Virus record (IMG/VR): IMGVR_UViG_3300028591_000074
Location: 128,001 to 192,000 of that record
Length of the DNA: 64,000 nt
From: a virus
Taxonomy: Duplodnaviria; Caudoviricetes
Strand: one strand, 5' to 3'
Of this stretch, positions 1 through 11,020 are shown one piece after another; position 1 is the first letter of the stretch, and each line of letters starts with the position of its first letter. Both the position numbers and the translations under genes were made by a program. Under the pieces are notes generated by a model, which saw only the letters and a program-made list of their open reading frames with translations, was not told where the DNA came from and made no database searches.

Positions 1-50
1 TGTTGAACTGTAAGAGTTCGTTAGTATTACACAATTCATTCTTTAAGATT

Positions 51-449
51 TTAATTACTTTCTTCTTTCTCATTTAGGATCTCCTTAACCAATATGTACT
101 CTATGTAACCATATCTTAAGGTGCTGCCGTGTATGGTTGGAGGTACATATTCGGAAGCGCGTAAAAATTCGTATCCAGAATCAAATGCTTCTTGTAACTC
201 CATTGTTTTAACTCCACCCTCACCATATGACCTAACTACTTTATATTGTCTCATACTATTCTTCATCCTCTAAATCAATAAGTTGTCCTGTATTTATCAC
301 ATAACCAGTTTCACCGCATTTACAATGTAGATCTTTTAACCATGTTCCGCTTGGATATACTGCTATCCATCGTTTCAAGCATTTTAGACAGATTACTTCT
401 GACACTTCATGTGGCAAATTACTTTCGAATTCTACAATGTCACCCATAA
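51..449 (-). CDS. Two small hypothetical phage proteins (51-~254; 256-~449, CxxC/CxC Zn-binding)
   Basis: ORF track; GGAG RBS before MGDIVEF. Confidence 0.5.
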
Positions 450-488
450 TGAAATTAACTCCGTTCTGAAATATCCGGTGTATTGGTT

Positions 489-652
489 CCGTTACCAAAA
501 ACTTACAAAAGATTATAAATTTCTAAAAATCTTTATGTTTTGTTCCTGTTTCATTGAATCCGATTTTGCCAAAGCTACTTTCGTTTGATATAACTCTCCA
601 CAGGCTTAACTTCCCGATTAACGCTCGGTAGGATATGATTATCAGCATTTAA
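489..652 (-). ncRNA. Putative TnpB omegaRNA scaffold at the IS607 right end
   Basis: Non-coding 3' of tnpB. Internal CGTTA can pair with terminal TAACG (pseudoknot-like). The predicted guide is the flank, starting AACCAATACACCGG. Confidence 0.6.
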
Positions 653-1915
653 TTATACTAAATGAAGTTCACCATAAGATTTTAGGTTCTTCGCAGCATT
701 TACATCCCTATCTTCTGAATATCCGCAATCACATCTGAATATTCTGTCAGATAATTTTAAATCTTTTTTAATCGTTCCACAGCAATTACATGTTTTTGAA
801 GATGGATACCATCTATTTGCAACTATTAGCGGAATATTATACTTATCTGAGTTATACTCAAGAAGTCTTCTGAAGTCATAAAATCCTTGATTCTGAACAG
901 ATTTAGACAAATGTTTATTTTTCATCATACCGGATATGTTCAAATCTTCTATACATATAAACCTTGGTTTTCGGTTTATAATATCACTAACAATATGACT
1001 TCGTTGATTTCTACGGATATTGCGTAATCGTTTATTAAGTTTCAATAAAGACTTTTCAGACTTTATAATATTATTAGTCTTTTGGTAACTTCCTCCTTTC
1101 CTATTACTTACATATTTTCTCGATATAGATTTCTGTAATCTACGTTTACGTTTCTCTAATCTACGGATTTTAGAAGATTTGTTTATATTAGCATACTTCG
1201 TAGAATCACTTAATATAGCAAAATCTTTAATTCCTACATCAAGTCCTATACCATCAGATTCTGGCACATATTTCGTAACATCCGTACTATCCTCAACAAC
1301 GACAGATACCCACCAATGCAATCCATCGAAAGTTATTCTAGGATTCATATAAGATGCCAATATCGGAATCCTACCAACTTCCGCAAGTCGAACATTACAC
1401 TTCACATTCCGTCTTGAACGATTTCCAGAATCACATAATTTTTCTATACGAACAGTTGAATCTGTAAATTGGATCTTAAAATTATCTTGGAAGAAACCAC
1501 AATCTGTATGATTCTTCCGGCTTTTATATTTCGGATGTCCTTGCTTATCATATTCAGTAAGTTGTTTACCAATTCGTTTCGCATGTTCAATCTGCTTTTT
1601 CGTATATGGTTTATAATTTTCAGATTTTCGTAGATTGAAGTATCTAATATATGATTTTACAAGATCCTTTATTGCTTGTTTTGTAACATTATTAGATATC
1701 GACTGCAGCCAAGAATATTCTTCTGAATTTCTCAGTTTTGTAAACTCCTTACGTAGTACACTGTCTGAAATAAACCAATTTCCTGAATTAAGACTTTCCA
1801 TTTCCTTGTGTAAAGCCCAATTATAAGCGAACCTTGATGCACCAGCAAATTGGAATAATCTGGATTTCTGCCAGTTATTCGGAAGCAACATCACTTTGAT
1901 CGCTTTGTACTTCAT
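653..1915 (-). CDS. tnpB: TnpB RNA-guided nuclease, catalytic triad intact
   Basis: N-terminal HTH-like region (FAGASRFAYNWAL), RuvC-I GLDVG, RuvC-II IEDLN, PSSKTCNCCG..CDCG Zn finger, RuvC-III DRDVNAAKN. Confidence 0.95.
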   Translation of the reverse strand: MKYKAIKVMLLPNNWQKSRLFQFAGASRFAYNWALHKEMESLNSGNWFISDSVLRKEFTKLRNSEEYSWLQSISNNVTKQAIKDLVKSYIRYFNLRKSENYKPYTKKQIEHAKRIGKQLTEYDKQGHPKYKSRKNHTDCGFFQDNFKIQFTDSTVRIEKLCDSGNRSRRNVKCNVRLAEVGRIPILASYMNPRITFDGLHWWVSVVVEDSTDVTKYVPESDGIGLDVGIKDFAILSDSTKYANINKSSKIRRLEKRKRRLQKSISRKYVSNRKGGSYQKTNNIIKSEKSLLKLNKRLRNIRRNQRSHIVSDIINRKPRFICIEDLNISGMMKNKHLSKSVQNQGFYDFRRLLEYNSDKYNIPLIVANRWYPSSKTCNCCGTIKKDLKLSDRIFRCDCGYSEDRDVNAAKNLKSYGELHLV

Positions 1916-2519
1916 CTTCTGTCAACTCCTTTATCATCTTGCGGGTTTTGTTTGCCAGCTTACCTCGAAGTTTGCAACTAAATGCAGTTATAATTTGAAC
2001 TAAATCTTCTACAAGCTCTTGTTGCTCTGTCTTCTCCGTAGTATCTACTACCTCAATATCACAACCATGTAAACTTGCAACATATTCAATAAGTTCAAAC
2101 CCAAATCGAAGTAATCTGTCTTTATATAATACAACTACCTTAGATACTTGGTTCATAGTTATCTGTCGAATAAGTTCTTGCAATCCCTTCTTATTGTAAT
2201 TTATACCAGATCCTATATCTGATATAATTTCAAACGGATGACCTTGTGCAGTAAGATACATAGTCATATTTTCTATCTGCCTGTCTAAATCATCTTTCTG
2301 CTTTGCACTGCTTACACGACAATAACCAATGACATGTTTCTGAATATTGTTTGTACGAATCCCAATCACTTGATTTATCTGATCTTGAGAATAATACCGA
2401 AATCCAGATTCAGCAACATGATGGGGTTTCAATTTGTCTTTCTTATCCCAATCTCTAAGTGTCTGAACAGTTACACCAATAAGTTTAGCTGCATCTCCTA
2501 TCGCATAATATTTAGCCAT
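1875..2519 (-). CDS. tnpA: IS607 TnpA, MerR-type HTH + serine recombinase
   Basis: IGVTVQTLRDWD HTH, GYCRVSS catalytic Ser motif, DIGSG, KDRLLRFGFE, ELVEDL. Confidence 0.95.
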   Translation of the reverse strand: MAKYYAIGDAAKLIGVTVQTLRDWDKKDKLKPHHVAESGFRYYSQDQINQVIGIRTNNIQKHVIGYCRVSSAKQKDDLDRQIENMTMYLTAQGHPFEIISDIGSGINYNKKGLQELIRQITMNQVSKVVVLYKDRLLRFGFELIEYVASLHGCDIEVVDTTEKTEQQELVEDLVQIITAFSCKLRGKLANKTRKMIKELTEDEVQSDQSDVASE

Positions 2520-2554
2520 AGTATATTGTACCTACTTTCTAATCAAGATATGTA

Positions 2555-2585
2555 TATTATACAACAGGATATATAAATTTGTCAA
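2555..2585 (-). promoter_or_regulatory. Sigma-A-type promoter of IS607
   Basis: TTGACA-N18-TATAAT on the minus strand upstream of tnpA. Confidence 0.6.
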
Positions 2586-2613
2586 CAGAAATCATTACAT
2601 ATTTATAGAATTA

Positions 2614-2940
2614 TCACATCAGCTTAGACCCTTCCATAATCGATCCGCACCATCTGCAAAACCTATATTTAACAATTTCGTCTGCATCCGGTGTATATCG
2701 CTCATAGACTGGACTGCACCCACACTCCGAACATTCATATTCGCCAATGTGTGTATTCCATACCCATTTTCCAGAATTTCGTTCTGGTTCTACAGACGGT
2801 AAGGCTTTCAAATCATCTACATTTATTTCTGCTACAGTGTGTTCGTTTCTTGCATCACTGGAAATAGATATTTCCTGTGTTTCGTTATAAAGCAAGTTAA
2901 TTACTGATTCTCGATTTATCAAATCACCCATACTATTCAC
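2614..2940 (-). CDS. Small Zn-ribbon phage protein (MxDLIxR...PERxxGKW...CxxC...CxxC type), 3' end altered by IS607
   Basis: CSECG and FCRWCG motifs; shares the PSxExERNxGKW motif with 9065-9538. Confidence 0.65.
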   Translation of the reverse strand: MNSMGDLINRESVINLLYNETQEISISSDARNEHTVAEINVDDLKALPSVEPERNSGKWVWNTHIGEYECSECGCSPVYERYTPDADEIVKYRFCRWCGSIMEGSKLM

Positions 2941-4341
2941 CTATATAATCTTTCCTACTACTCCATTCAAAATTTCTACAACAATGAAAATATTGACGTT
3001 TATTGTCACACCACTTAGATTCAGGATTTACACAATTCGAAGTCCATCCGAAACCGTAACCATCCCAGTATTGACAATTTGCGCAACGTCTATTTGATTT
3101 CTTTGTTTTATTTATTGGTCTATGGTTCATGTAATTTTCTCACTTTCGAATCACAGTTAAGACAATCCCAAGGTGGGTATTTTTTCTCATTCCTAAATAG
3201 GTAACTTGTCTATGACACACAGTACATTCAAACAAATATATGCAATCATTATATTCAATTGGAATCGGTGTCACTTTCTTCCACAGATTCATTTAATGCC
3301 TCCAACATCTCTACTACCTGTTCAAAGTATCTGCCAGTCGGTTTTACAGAATCTGGCGAAACTCTCAATAAAGAACCGCCAGTAGCATTTAGTAGCCACA
3401 ATGTATCACCACTGCCATCATTAGATCGTTTTGTTATAATGTATGGTTCGCCATAGTAAATTACTTCAGAGCCAACTTTAATCGAATCCTTTAATTCCTC
3501 ATATGCAGTTATTTTTGATACGACTTCATCATACGTATTATGTGTTATTATCCCAATACCTTTCGAAGTATTTAAATCCAAACATCCGAAACAACTTTCA
3601 CGTTCATTCGGTAACATATGGAATACTTTTCTTACCAATTCCCAAGCATCATTGATACCACGATGATATTGAATTTTACAATCACCTGTATATTCTGCGA
3701 AATTTTTATTCCATTTAAGTGCATCAGATCTACCATTTTCATATCCTGAATTATACATTAATTCAGAAATTTCATTTACTTTATCTTTAAGTTCAAAATA
3801 TCTCATCATTTACACCAAACCTTTCACAGAAATTATTACAATATCAATCTCTAAGTATTTTAACGATTTTTGGATTCAAAAAGTGCAGAACATCCTAGTC
3901 TGCACTTATGTTATTCGAAAATTCAGTTAGTTCTTCTACTAAATCAATATACAAGTCTATCAGATCAACTATGAAGTTAAAATTCTTCTCTTTCATCGGA
4001 TAGCCCTGCATATCCATTACATTTCCTCTATAAAAGAATAGTTCGTGCGGTTGTTCAAATAGACTCATTATCAATCCCCTTTATCATCCACATCTTGCAC
4101 CTAAGATATGTGTTTTAAAATGTATCGCTTAAACCAATTACATTCACCATCTGAGAACTCTACACGATATGCCCATGTATCTCCTGGATCAATTTCAACA
4201 ATCTCACCAATCTCACCAAGTCTACGTTTGCAATAATCATCATATTGATAATCTACAACTATCATAACTTTATCACCTATATGTAGTTCTTCGTATTCGT
4301 ACCCCTCAACATAAATATCCATTTCTTAATCCCCTCAGTTA

Positions 4342-4719
4342 TCACTGTTCATCTGTTTGTTCTTTGGTTAAAGGTTCATCTATCAAATCTCGTTCAGAAT
4401 TGTATTCAAACCAATCACCTATTTCACACTTGTCAAAAGTATCTTTATCTGTGTAGAACCGATTTGTTACATACTTATTGTCAGATTCATTATACTTACG
4501 AATACGGATGATGTACTCGTCCGGATGATGATGCCAGATAGGAACCATCTGCGTCCAAGAGTATTTACCAGTGTAATGCACTATCGGAATTATTTGTACC
4601 CAAGATTTTTCAGGAACAAATTCTTTATCGTATACTTCTCCATCTGTGATACCCTTACTACACCCAGACAGTAATACTACACACAGTGAAATTAGAATTG
4701 CTGCAAGCCTTTGTTTCAT
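4342..4719 (-). CDS. Predicted lipoprotein
   Basis: Signal peptide with lipobox LLSGC. Confidence 0.7.
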   Translation of the reverse strand: MKQRLAAILISLCVVLLSGCSKGITDGEVYDKEFVPEKSWVQIIPIVHYTGKYSWTQMVPIWHHHPDEYIIRIRKYNESDNKYVTNRFYTDKDTFDKCEIGDWFEYNSERDLIDEPLTKEQTDEQ

Positions 4720-4942
4720 TCATTATTACCTCTATCTTCAGCTTCAATCCATACATCTAAGCAATCTTCATATTCCTTACGATAATCCAATGGGATATGA
4801 ATTGGGTTCAATGCAAATATCTTTCGTGCAAGATACTTGTATGGAATCTCGCCACTCTTACCTTCCCAAGATGCTATGCTGTCCGGATCATTGATTCGTA
4901 CTTTCAAATTAGGGTTTATCAATAACTGTAACTTTCGTATTT

Positions 4943-5659
4943 TCATACAGCCGTTCCTTTCTGCCTTCCTCTGAATGATGTCTTAGTATCAAATCCATGC
5001 ATTTCAATCTTATCATCATTTGTTGCGCCGATAGGATCAATGCGTTCAGATTCTGTCTTAAGTAATGAAAAGTGTTCTTCAATGGCAGTAAATATTGAAA
5101 CAGGGTCGATAATGTCAGCGATACCACAAGCTGTCAAGATAGGAATTGTCCTGATCTCACTGATCCATTTATTCTTGCAAGACTTACTTACTTCGTAACC
5201 GTTCAAGTTTTGTGTGGTTGAAAGATTGTTTGACTGTATAGCTGCAATCATCCTAGGTACATTCGACTTGATGAACTCGTGATAAGTCTCGTTCTTTTTC
5301 TGCTGAATGAGCGTGCCATACATGAACGAAATTTCGGTCAGTTTGAGTACTTCTCGAGATTTACTGTAGTCCTTCCAGGTGGACAACAGTTCCATCTTGT
5401 AATCTGATGGTCTTCCATAGTTGTTATATTGTACATCGTACAATAGTATCAGCCAGAAAGTAGTACCGCACTGAAGTACCACATACTTATATCTGTATTT
5501 GTGCTTGTCTCGGGTGTAGATTGTACAGTATCCAGGTACAAGAACTTCACAAAGACGATCTTTCGTCAGAAGATACGATCCTCTTCGGTCAAATACAATG
5601 CTGTCCTCTGAATTCTGTAGATAATCATAGTAATCAGTATTCTTATCAATTATTCGCAT
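4943..5659 (-). CDS. Hypothetical phage protein
   Basis: 238 aa; MRIIDKNTDYYDY N-terminus and KIEMHGFDTKTSFR C-terminus. Confidence 0.6.
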   Translation of the reverse strand: MRIIDKNTDYYDYLQNSEDSIVFDRRGSYLLTKDRLCEVLVPGYCTIYTRDKHKYRYKYVVLQCGTTFWLILLYDVQYNNYGRPSDYKMELLSTWKDYSKSREVLKLTEISFMYGTLIQQKKNETYHEFIKSNVPRMIAAIQSNNLSTTQNLNGYEVSKSCKNKWISEIRTIPILTACGIADIIDPVSIFTAIEEHFSLLKTESERIDPIGATNDDKIEMHGFDTKTSFRGRQKGTAV

Positions 5660-8600
5660 AATCCTGTTCCCTCCTTTCCAAACACTTTATCTATGTACAC
5701 CATATCTATTAATCTGTAAACTAAATCTTTAATAGTTTCACACATACTACTAAACTTTTGTTCATCAATGATATAGTATAGTGTATTCCCGGCGTCACGA
5801 AGATCTTGAAGTGAATACAAAATATGTCTTGCCGTGTAACCATTAAGTTGTATATTTGATGCCTTACCGCCCTTTACCTGCTGTAACGGTTCATATAATC
5901 CGAACATGGATCGCTCAAAGGCGATCTGCCCCTCTGGATCGTCGATGACATCAGAATAAATTACATTTAATCTTATAGCATCATATACAATATCAGCTTC
6001 CGCTTTTGTTAATTCAAAATCAACTGTCTTCAATATGTTTACCTCGCATATCTGAATACTATTTTACCCAAAAGTAATTACTCCACCTGGATACATTTTG
6101 AAAAATCGACTTACATCTTCAAGTTGTTTTTCCGTGAGATCAAAATACTTTTTGCCCATTTTCTTACGCAGTTCATGGCGGTTGTGAATAACCCATGTAG
6201 GATAGTTCCCTACTCTAAAATTGTCATGGAATGGTTCTTGTATATCACAACAGAATACGTTACCATGCTGTAATCTAATTTCCCGATCAGCAAGATCCAC
6301 ATAAAATTTATCATCTATCTCGCATATAAAATCTGCATAAGTATACAATCCGGATTTTAACCATAGATCGGTATCGTTATCCACAGATTCCAAAAATCGT
6401 TTAATCTCAAATTCATCTAGAAACACAGGTTCTTCAAAAATAGATTCTTTTGCAGTCTGTCGAAGTTTCTCTCGTTCTTCTTTTGTTATAGGTCGTTGAA
6501 ACCATGTATGGCATCCCATAATTCACCTCATAAATTAAAATTAAATTTATTTACAATTTACAAAACTTTGATTTTCAAGCATTTTAAAGAAGTCAACCGC
6601 AGAACTTCTTGGTATTGTGATAGTAATCATATTATCCATAATTAGTCATTCTCATTTCCACATAAGGCATACGGACAATCTACACAGGCCGAAACAAGTT
6701 CACCTGTGTCCGGATCAACATAGTAATCATCCCCATATCCAGTACATTCGTAGCAATAATCATCATAATCCATAATGTAATTTTCCCCATTATCGCACAT
6801 CGCTATTACTCCTTCGGTAAACTGTCTAGTATGAATACAGGAGAACAGATACCTTCCTCCATATCTTTCTGCAACTTGGAATACTTATCCATCATGCGTC
6901 TGCGTAGAAGAATCTGCGATCTAGATGCACGAATCATCATTTCAACGGAATCATTATAAACACCTAAGGTGGCATGATCAAAAAACTCATACATCATATA
7001 CATCTCCAATTTAGAATCATCCATCTTCACCCTCCTTAAAAACATCAGATTCAATTATATCTAACAATGCTACAAGTGCATCGTGTGACATAGGTTCATT
7101 AGGCTTACAATAAGTGGAAATAAACCCATTCTCTGCATAAGTTAATGGTTTACCTTTGTATGTGGTTGCTCTGTAAGGATATTCCCTTGCGCACCACATG
7201 AGATAGAATTTGATGGAGTCATACAGTCCGGATTCTTCATCTGTCAGTTGTGCATTAGAATTGCTTATGAGCGAATTGATGAACTTAATGCATTGTTCTG
7301 GTGAGTTCATGTAACATATCCTCCCTATGAGATTTCTTTTATCATGTTATCCACAATATACCATCTATTTCGGATATACACTAAACTCTTGATATTTACC
7401 ATTTTCATAGAACTTAATGTAAACATCTGCATTTATACCGTCAATATCAAAATCACTCAGTTTCAAATCTTTACCATCTACACAATATCCAATTCCTATT
7501 TCTGCGAACACCGCAGTAAGTTTATCAAAATCAGTCATATTGTTATCACCACCCTATTTCACATATTATAATGATTCATCGGAAGATTTATCTTGTAGAA
7601 CTGAATCCTTATCTTCAAATTTATTGTAAATTTGCTCCCAGATAGATTTCTGAATCTCCTTCAAGTGATCATGCGATTCACTACTACCCATTCCATACAT
7701 CATCTGGACCACAGAATACATTGCGTGACAGATTGCTTCAGCAACTGTTTCAGTTATCTCCACACTGATAGATTTGAGACAGTCACAAAATTTAATCTCA
7801 TCGAGCATAGATATAAGTTTCCTAGCATCTCTGTATTTTATAAGCCTGTCATTGTAGCCCATCTTACCAAGTGATGACAAGAGTATCTGCAATGAGTCCC
7901 TTAGAAACCCTGACTGTATAACGTCCAATGTGATTGTGATAGTCTTTTCAGATTTCGCCATTAGGTTGTTCCTCACTTTCTGAGTTATTCATATACACAG
8001 TATCATCTGCATTCCTAGGTACAGTTACAACCATAGGCTTCCCATCTTCAGGATATATTGTAGTCGTGTATCTAACATCACCAATACCACTGACATGCAC
8101 ATGGTCATTACTTGTTATAGTTGCAGATTTTATCTTTATCCACTTTTCACCAGTCGATACATTATCTTTATCCGGAAGTTTATCTTTTACAGATACCCAA
8201 TCATCCTTTGTCATACTATTCCTCACCTATCTTCATAATTTCTTTACACAGATCGGATTTCAAAAACTCCCGATACTTCTGTAATCGTTCTTGCATGTAG
8301 GTTTCATCAGGATTGAAATCTTCTCCTATCTGAGATTCTATGTCCAATTTAAGATTCCCAGAATTAAGATCTGCCATGAAACCTTTCGCACCTTTAATTG
8401 CTTCCTCTGAGTTTATGATTCGCATAGTGTCACCTCAAGTTAAATCTACATAGTCAAATTCAGGCTTGTCATAAGGGTGGTTAGTATGTACCCAAGTTCT
8501 TTGTGTTATTTCAATTTCACTCTTACCACCAGAGTAGATATCTTCATAAACAGCTACAGGCATATCTAGTGGAAACTTCTGTAATTCTGTTATAAGTTCT

Positions 8601-9534
8601 CCTACAGTCATCCATCTTTACCCCCATGATCCTGTAATTTTCTATCTGGTTTTAAATCACATACCAACAGAATCAGAGATACAGCAAGTGGTGTTGCGGC
8701 TACACCTAAAATGATTAAAATTGCTAAGTATATTTCAGTCATTGTTAGGAATCTCCTCATTGAAATCTACACCTGTTGGTTTAGAAATGGAATCTATATA
8801 ATCATTGGTGCTCTTTAACTCTTCCGAAGTAGCATCACGCATCATTTCTGCAACAAGTCTGTCAGTACGTTCCTGAACTAAAATAGTACTGATAACTTCT
8901 AATTGATGTACTATCTTATCCAGTTTTTCGACAATTAAATCTTCTGCCAATTCCTGGTGGCTTTCCCTCTTGTGACCATTGAGGTATTCAACAAGTTCTT
9001 CATCAGATACCATATTAAATATAAAATCATCTTTATTTCGCATAAATATAATCACACCTTATCACTACTTCTGTTTGATTATTTGATCGTTCAGATATCC
9101 TACCATCTGCTTTGTACGTAGTGCCTCATCACTAATCTCTATTGCATCCAGGTCAGTAACATCTGAAATAGCATGTGTAAGAACGAGAAGAAGATCAGAT
9201 ACATTATCTCTTGGAACCCTTAATAAAATATCATATCCCGGAGTCTTTTCACCTTCTATCCACTTCCCTGGGTTTCTCTCCGATTCGGCAGATGGAATAT
9301 CGCTCAAATCCGTCCATTCTTTTCGGTATTCCTCTTTCAGCTTAAAGCAATCGTTTCTCTCGAATCCTGGACACTCATTTGCATATCCGTCTATCCCATG
9401 GTCACAATCGTATTCGCACAAACCGCACACAGAATCATCAACATTCTTTTCCCGAATATCTGCAAATATCAGAGACATTTCATCTACAACTCTTTTCAGC
9501 TTTTCCAGTGCCACTCTTCTACTGATTAAATCAC

Positions 9535-9858
9535 TCATTCCTTATCCTCGCCTTCTGTCTGTGACTCAATGTACAAAATCCTCAGAACGTAGTATTCTAT
9601 CCCATGTTCTGCTCCCCATTCAGGCCTACCTGTTTTAACATCGAGGGAACAAAGTGCTTCAAATGACGGTGAATTTTCTGCGTATCCGTTGCGAAACAAG
9701 ACCTTTCCTTGTTTGATAGTGGGCAGCCCGTATTGGTCGAGAAATCCTTCGTTTCGGAACCGGCTTCTGTAATACTGCTTTAGTTCTCTGTATTCTTCCT
9801 TCTTCTCGCCGGAGAGAATCATATCAAACCACTTTTTCTTTATTGGTAAAATCAGCAT
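9535..9858 (-). CDS. ASCH-domain protein
   Basis: LPIKKKWFDMILSGEKKEEYR...FRNGY...GRPEWGA motif. Confidence 0.8.
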   Translation of the reverse strand: MLILPIKKKWFDMILSGEKKEEYRELKQYYRSRFRNEGFLDQYGLPTIKQGKVLFRNGYAENSPSFEALCSLDVKTGRPEWGAEHGIEYYVLRILYIESQTEGEDKE

Positions 9859-11020
9859 ATTATTTCTCACTTTCTGCATTAAGTTGATGATCTCGACATG
9901 CTATTGCAGTTGCAAAACAATGGTAACAATCTCCATAAAATTTTCTTTGTTCACATTCTTCTTCAGGAAATGTATTTTCAAATATCGGCTCTCCTAAAAG
10001 AAATTGATTCAAGTCATGCGGACATTTAATCTCAGTCATTCCTTATCCTCACTTTCTTTAGCGACAAAGAACTCACAAGCGAAAAAGAACTCACAATCGT
10101 TTCTGTATCCATATATACCTGACTGCATTACACATTGTTCATTAGCACACTGATTACATAAATTGGTTGCATCCTCACTTTCTGCCTTGTACTTGTCGAT
10201 AATTGCTAATAAGTGATTTTTACTAACATCTACATACTCAATCTCAGGATAATCATCATCAGGACAGCACCCATTCCAATTTGTTCTCGTATTTGTAGGT
10301 AACTGCTCAATCTCGACTCTTATCTTGTCAAGCACGTCATTAACAACAATTGTCTTTTCTTCATCTGTCAGAAAATCTAAATCATCATGGTCTTTGTCGA
10401 ACCACCTGTCTTTGTCAAATACCATCAAAGGTATGATTCCTTTTTCGGTCACATCGACTATATATTCTTTCCCCAATTCAAAAATCATGCCTTATCCTCG
10501 CTTTCTGCCTTGAATCTACCGTCATATATCATCTTTGACAACTTATCAAGGTTTCTTTTTGCATGTCCGTACATAGTGTCAAACTCTGTCAATTCCTTTG
10601 TGACACACATTCTATTGATTTCTCCTTTGATAGTGTCCGCAAGTATCATCATCGTTTTTCTTTCGTTCTCGTTCATTCCTTATCATCGCTTTCTGCCTTA
10701 TATGGCTTTATGAAGAACGGCATCCATGCTATTACACACCAATTCTTGTACCAACACCCGTTACAGGCATAATTTTGAATACATTTGCTGTTCCAAACAA
10801 CATCATGTATTTTTCCAGTTACTGTGCTGATAAATACATGTTGACCATCTTGTGGGTACTTAGTTCTTCTCATTGGAATCCATCCCGGAACGATTTCTTG
10901 ATTGAGTGGTGTAATCATCTTTTCATATTCGCCGAGTGTTATTTTATTGGCATTTATTTTACGATAGGCACTTATGATTAACTCATAGTATGTCATTATT
11001 TATCCTCGCTTTCCGTCTTA
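9535..11020 (-). repeat. Six dispersed ~25-bp gene-junction repeats (GCAGAAAGCGAGGATAAGGAATGA-like, encoding AESEDKE*)
   Basis: Copies near 9538, 10039, 10172, 10489, 10676 and 10997. Confidence 0.8.

Larger units (their letters stand above)
489..2631 (-). mobile_element. IS607-family insertion sequence (tnpA serine recombinase + tnpB)
   Basis: Overlapping tnpA/tnpB pair. On the minus strand the right end reads ...TTTTTGGTAACGG (GG at 489-490) and the left end follows ...GAAGGG (2629-2631), consistent with IS607 GG-dinucleotide insertion. Ends estimated by eye. Confidence 0.85.

Noticed and set aside
489-2631. IStron (group I intron-IS607 hybrid)
   Set aside because: Only ~110 bp lies between the left end and tnpA, too short for an intron core.
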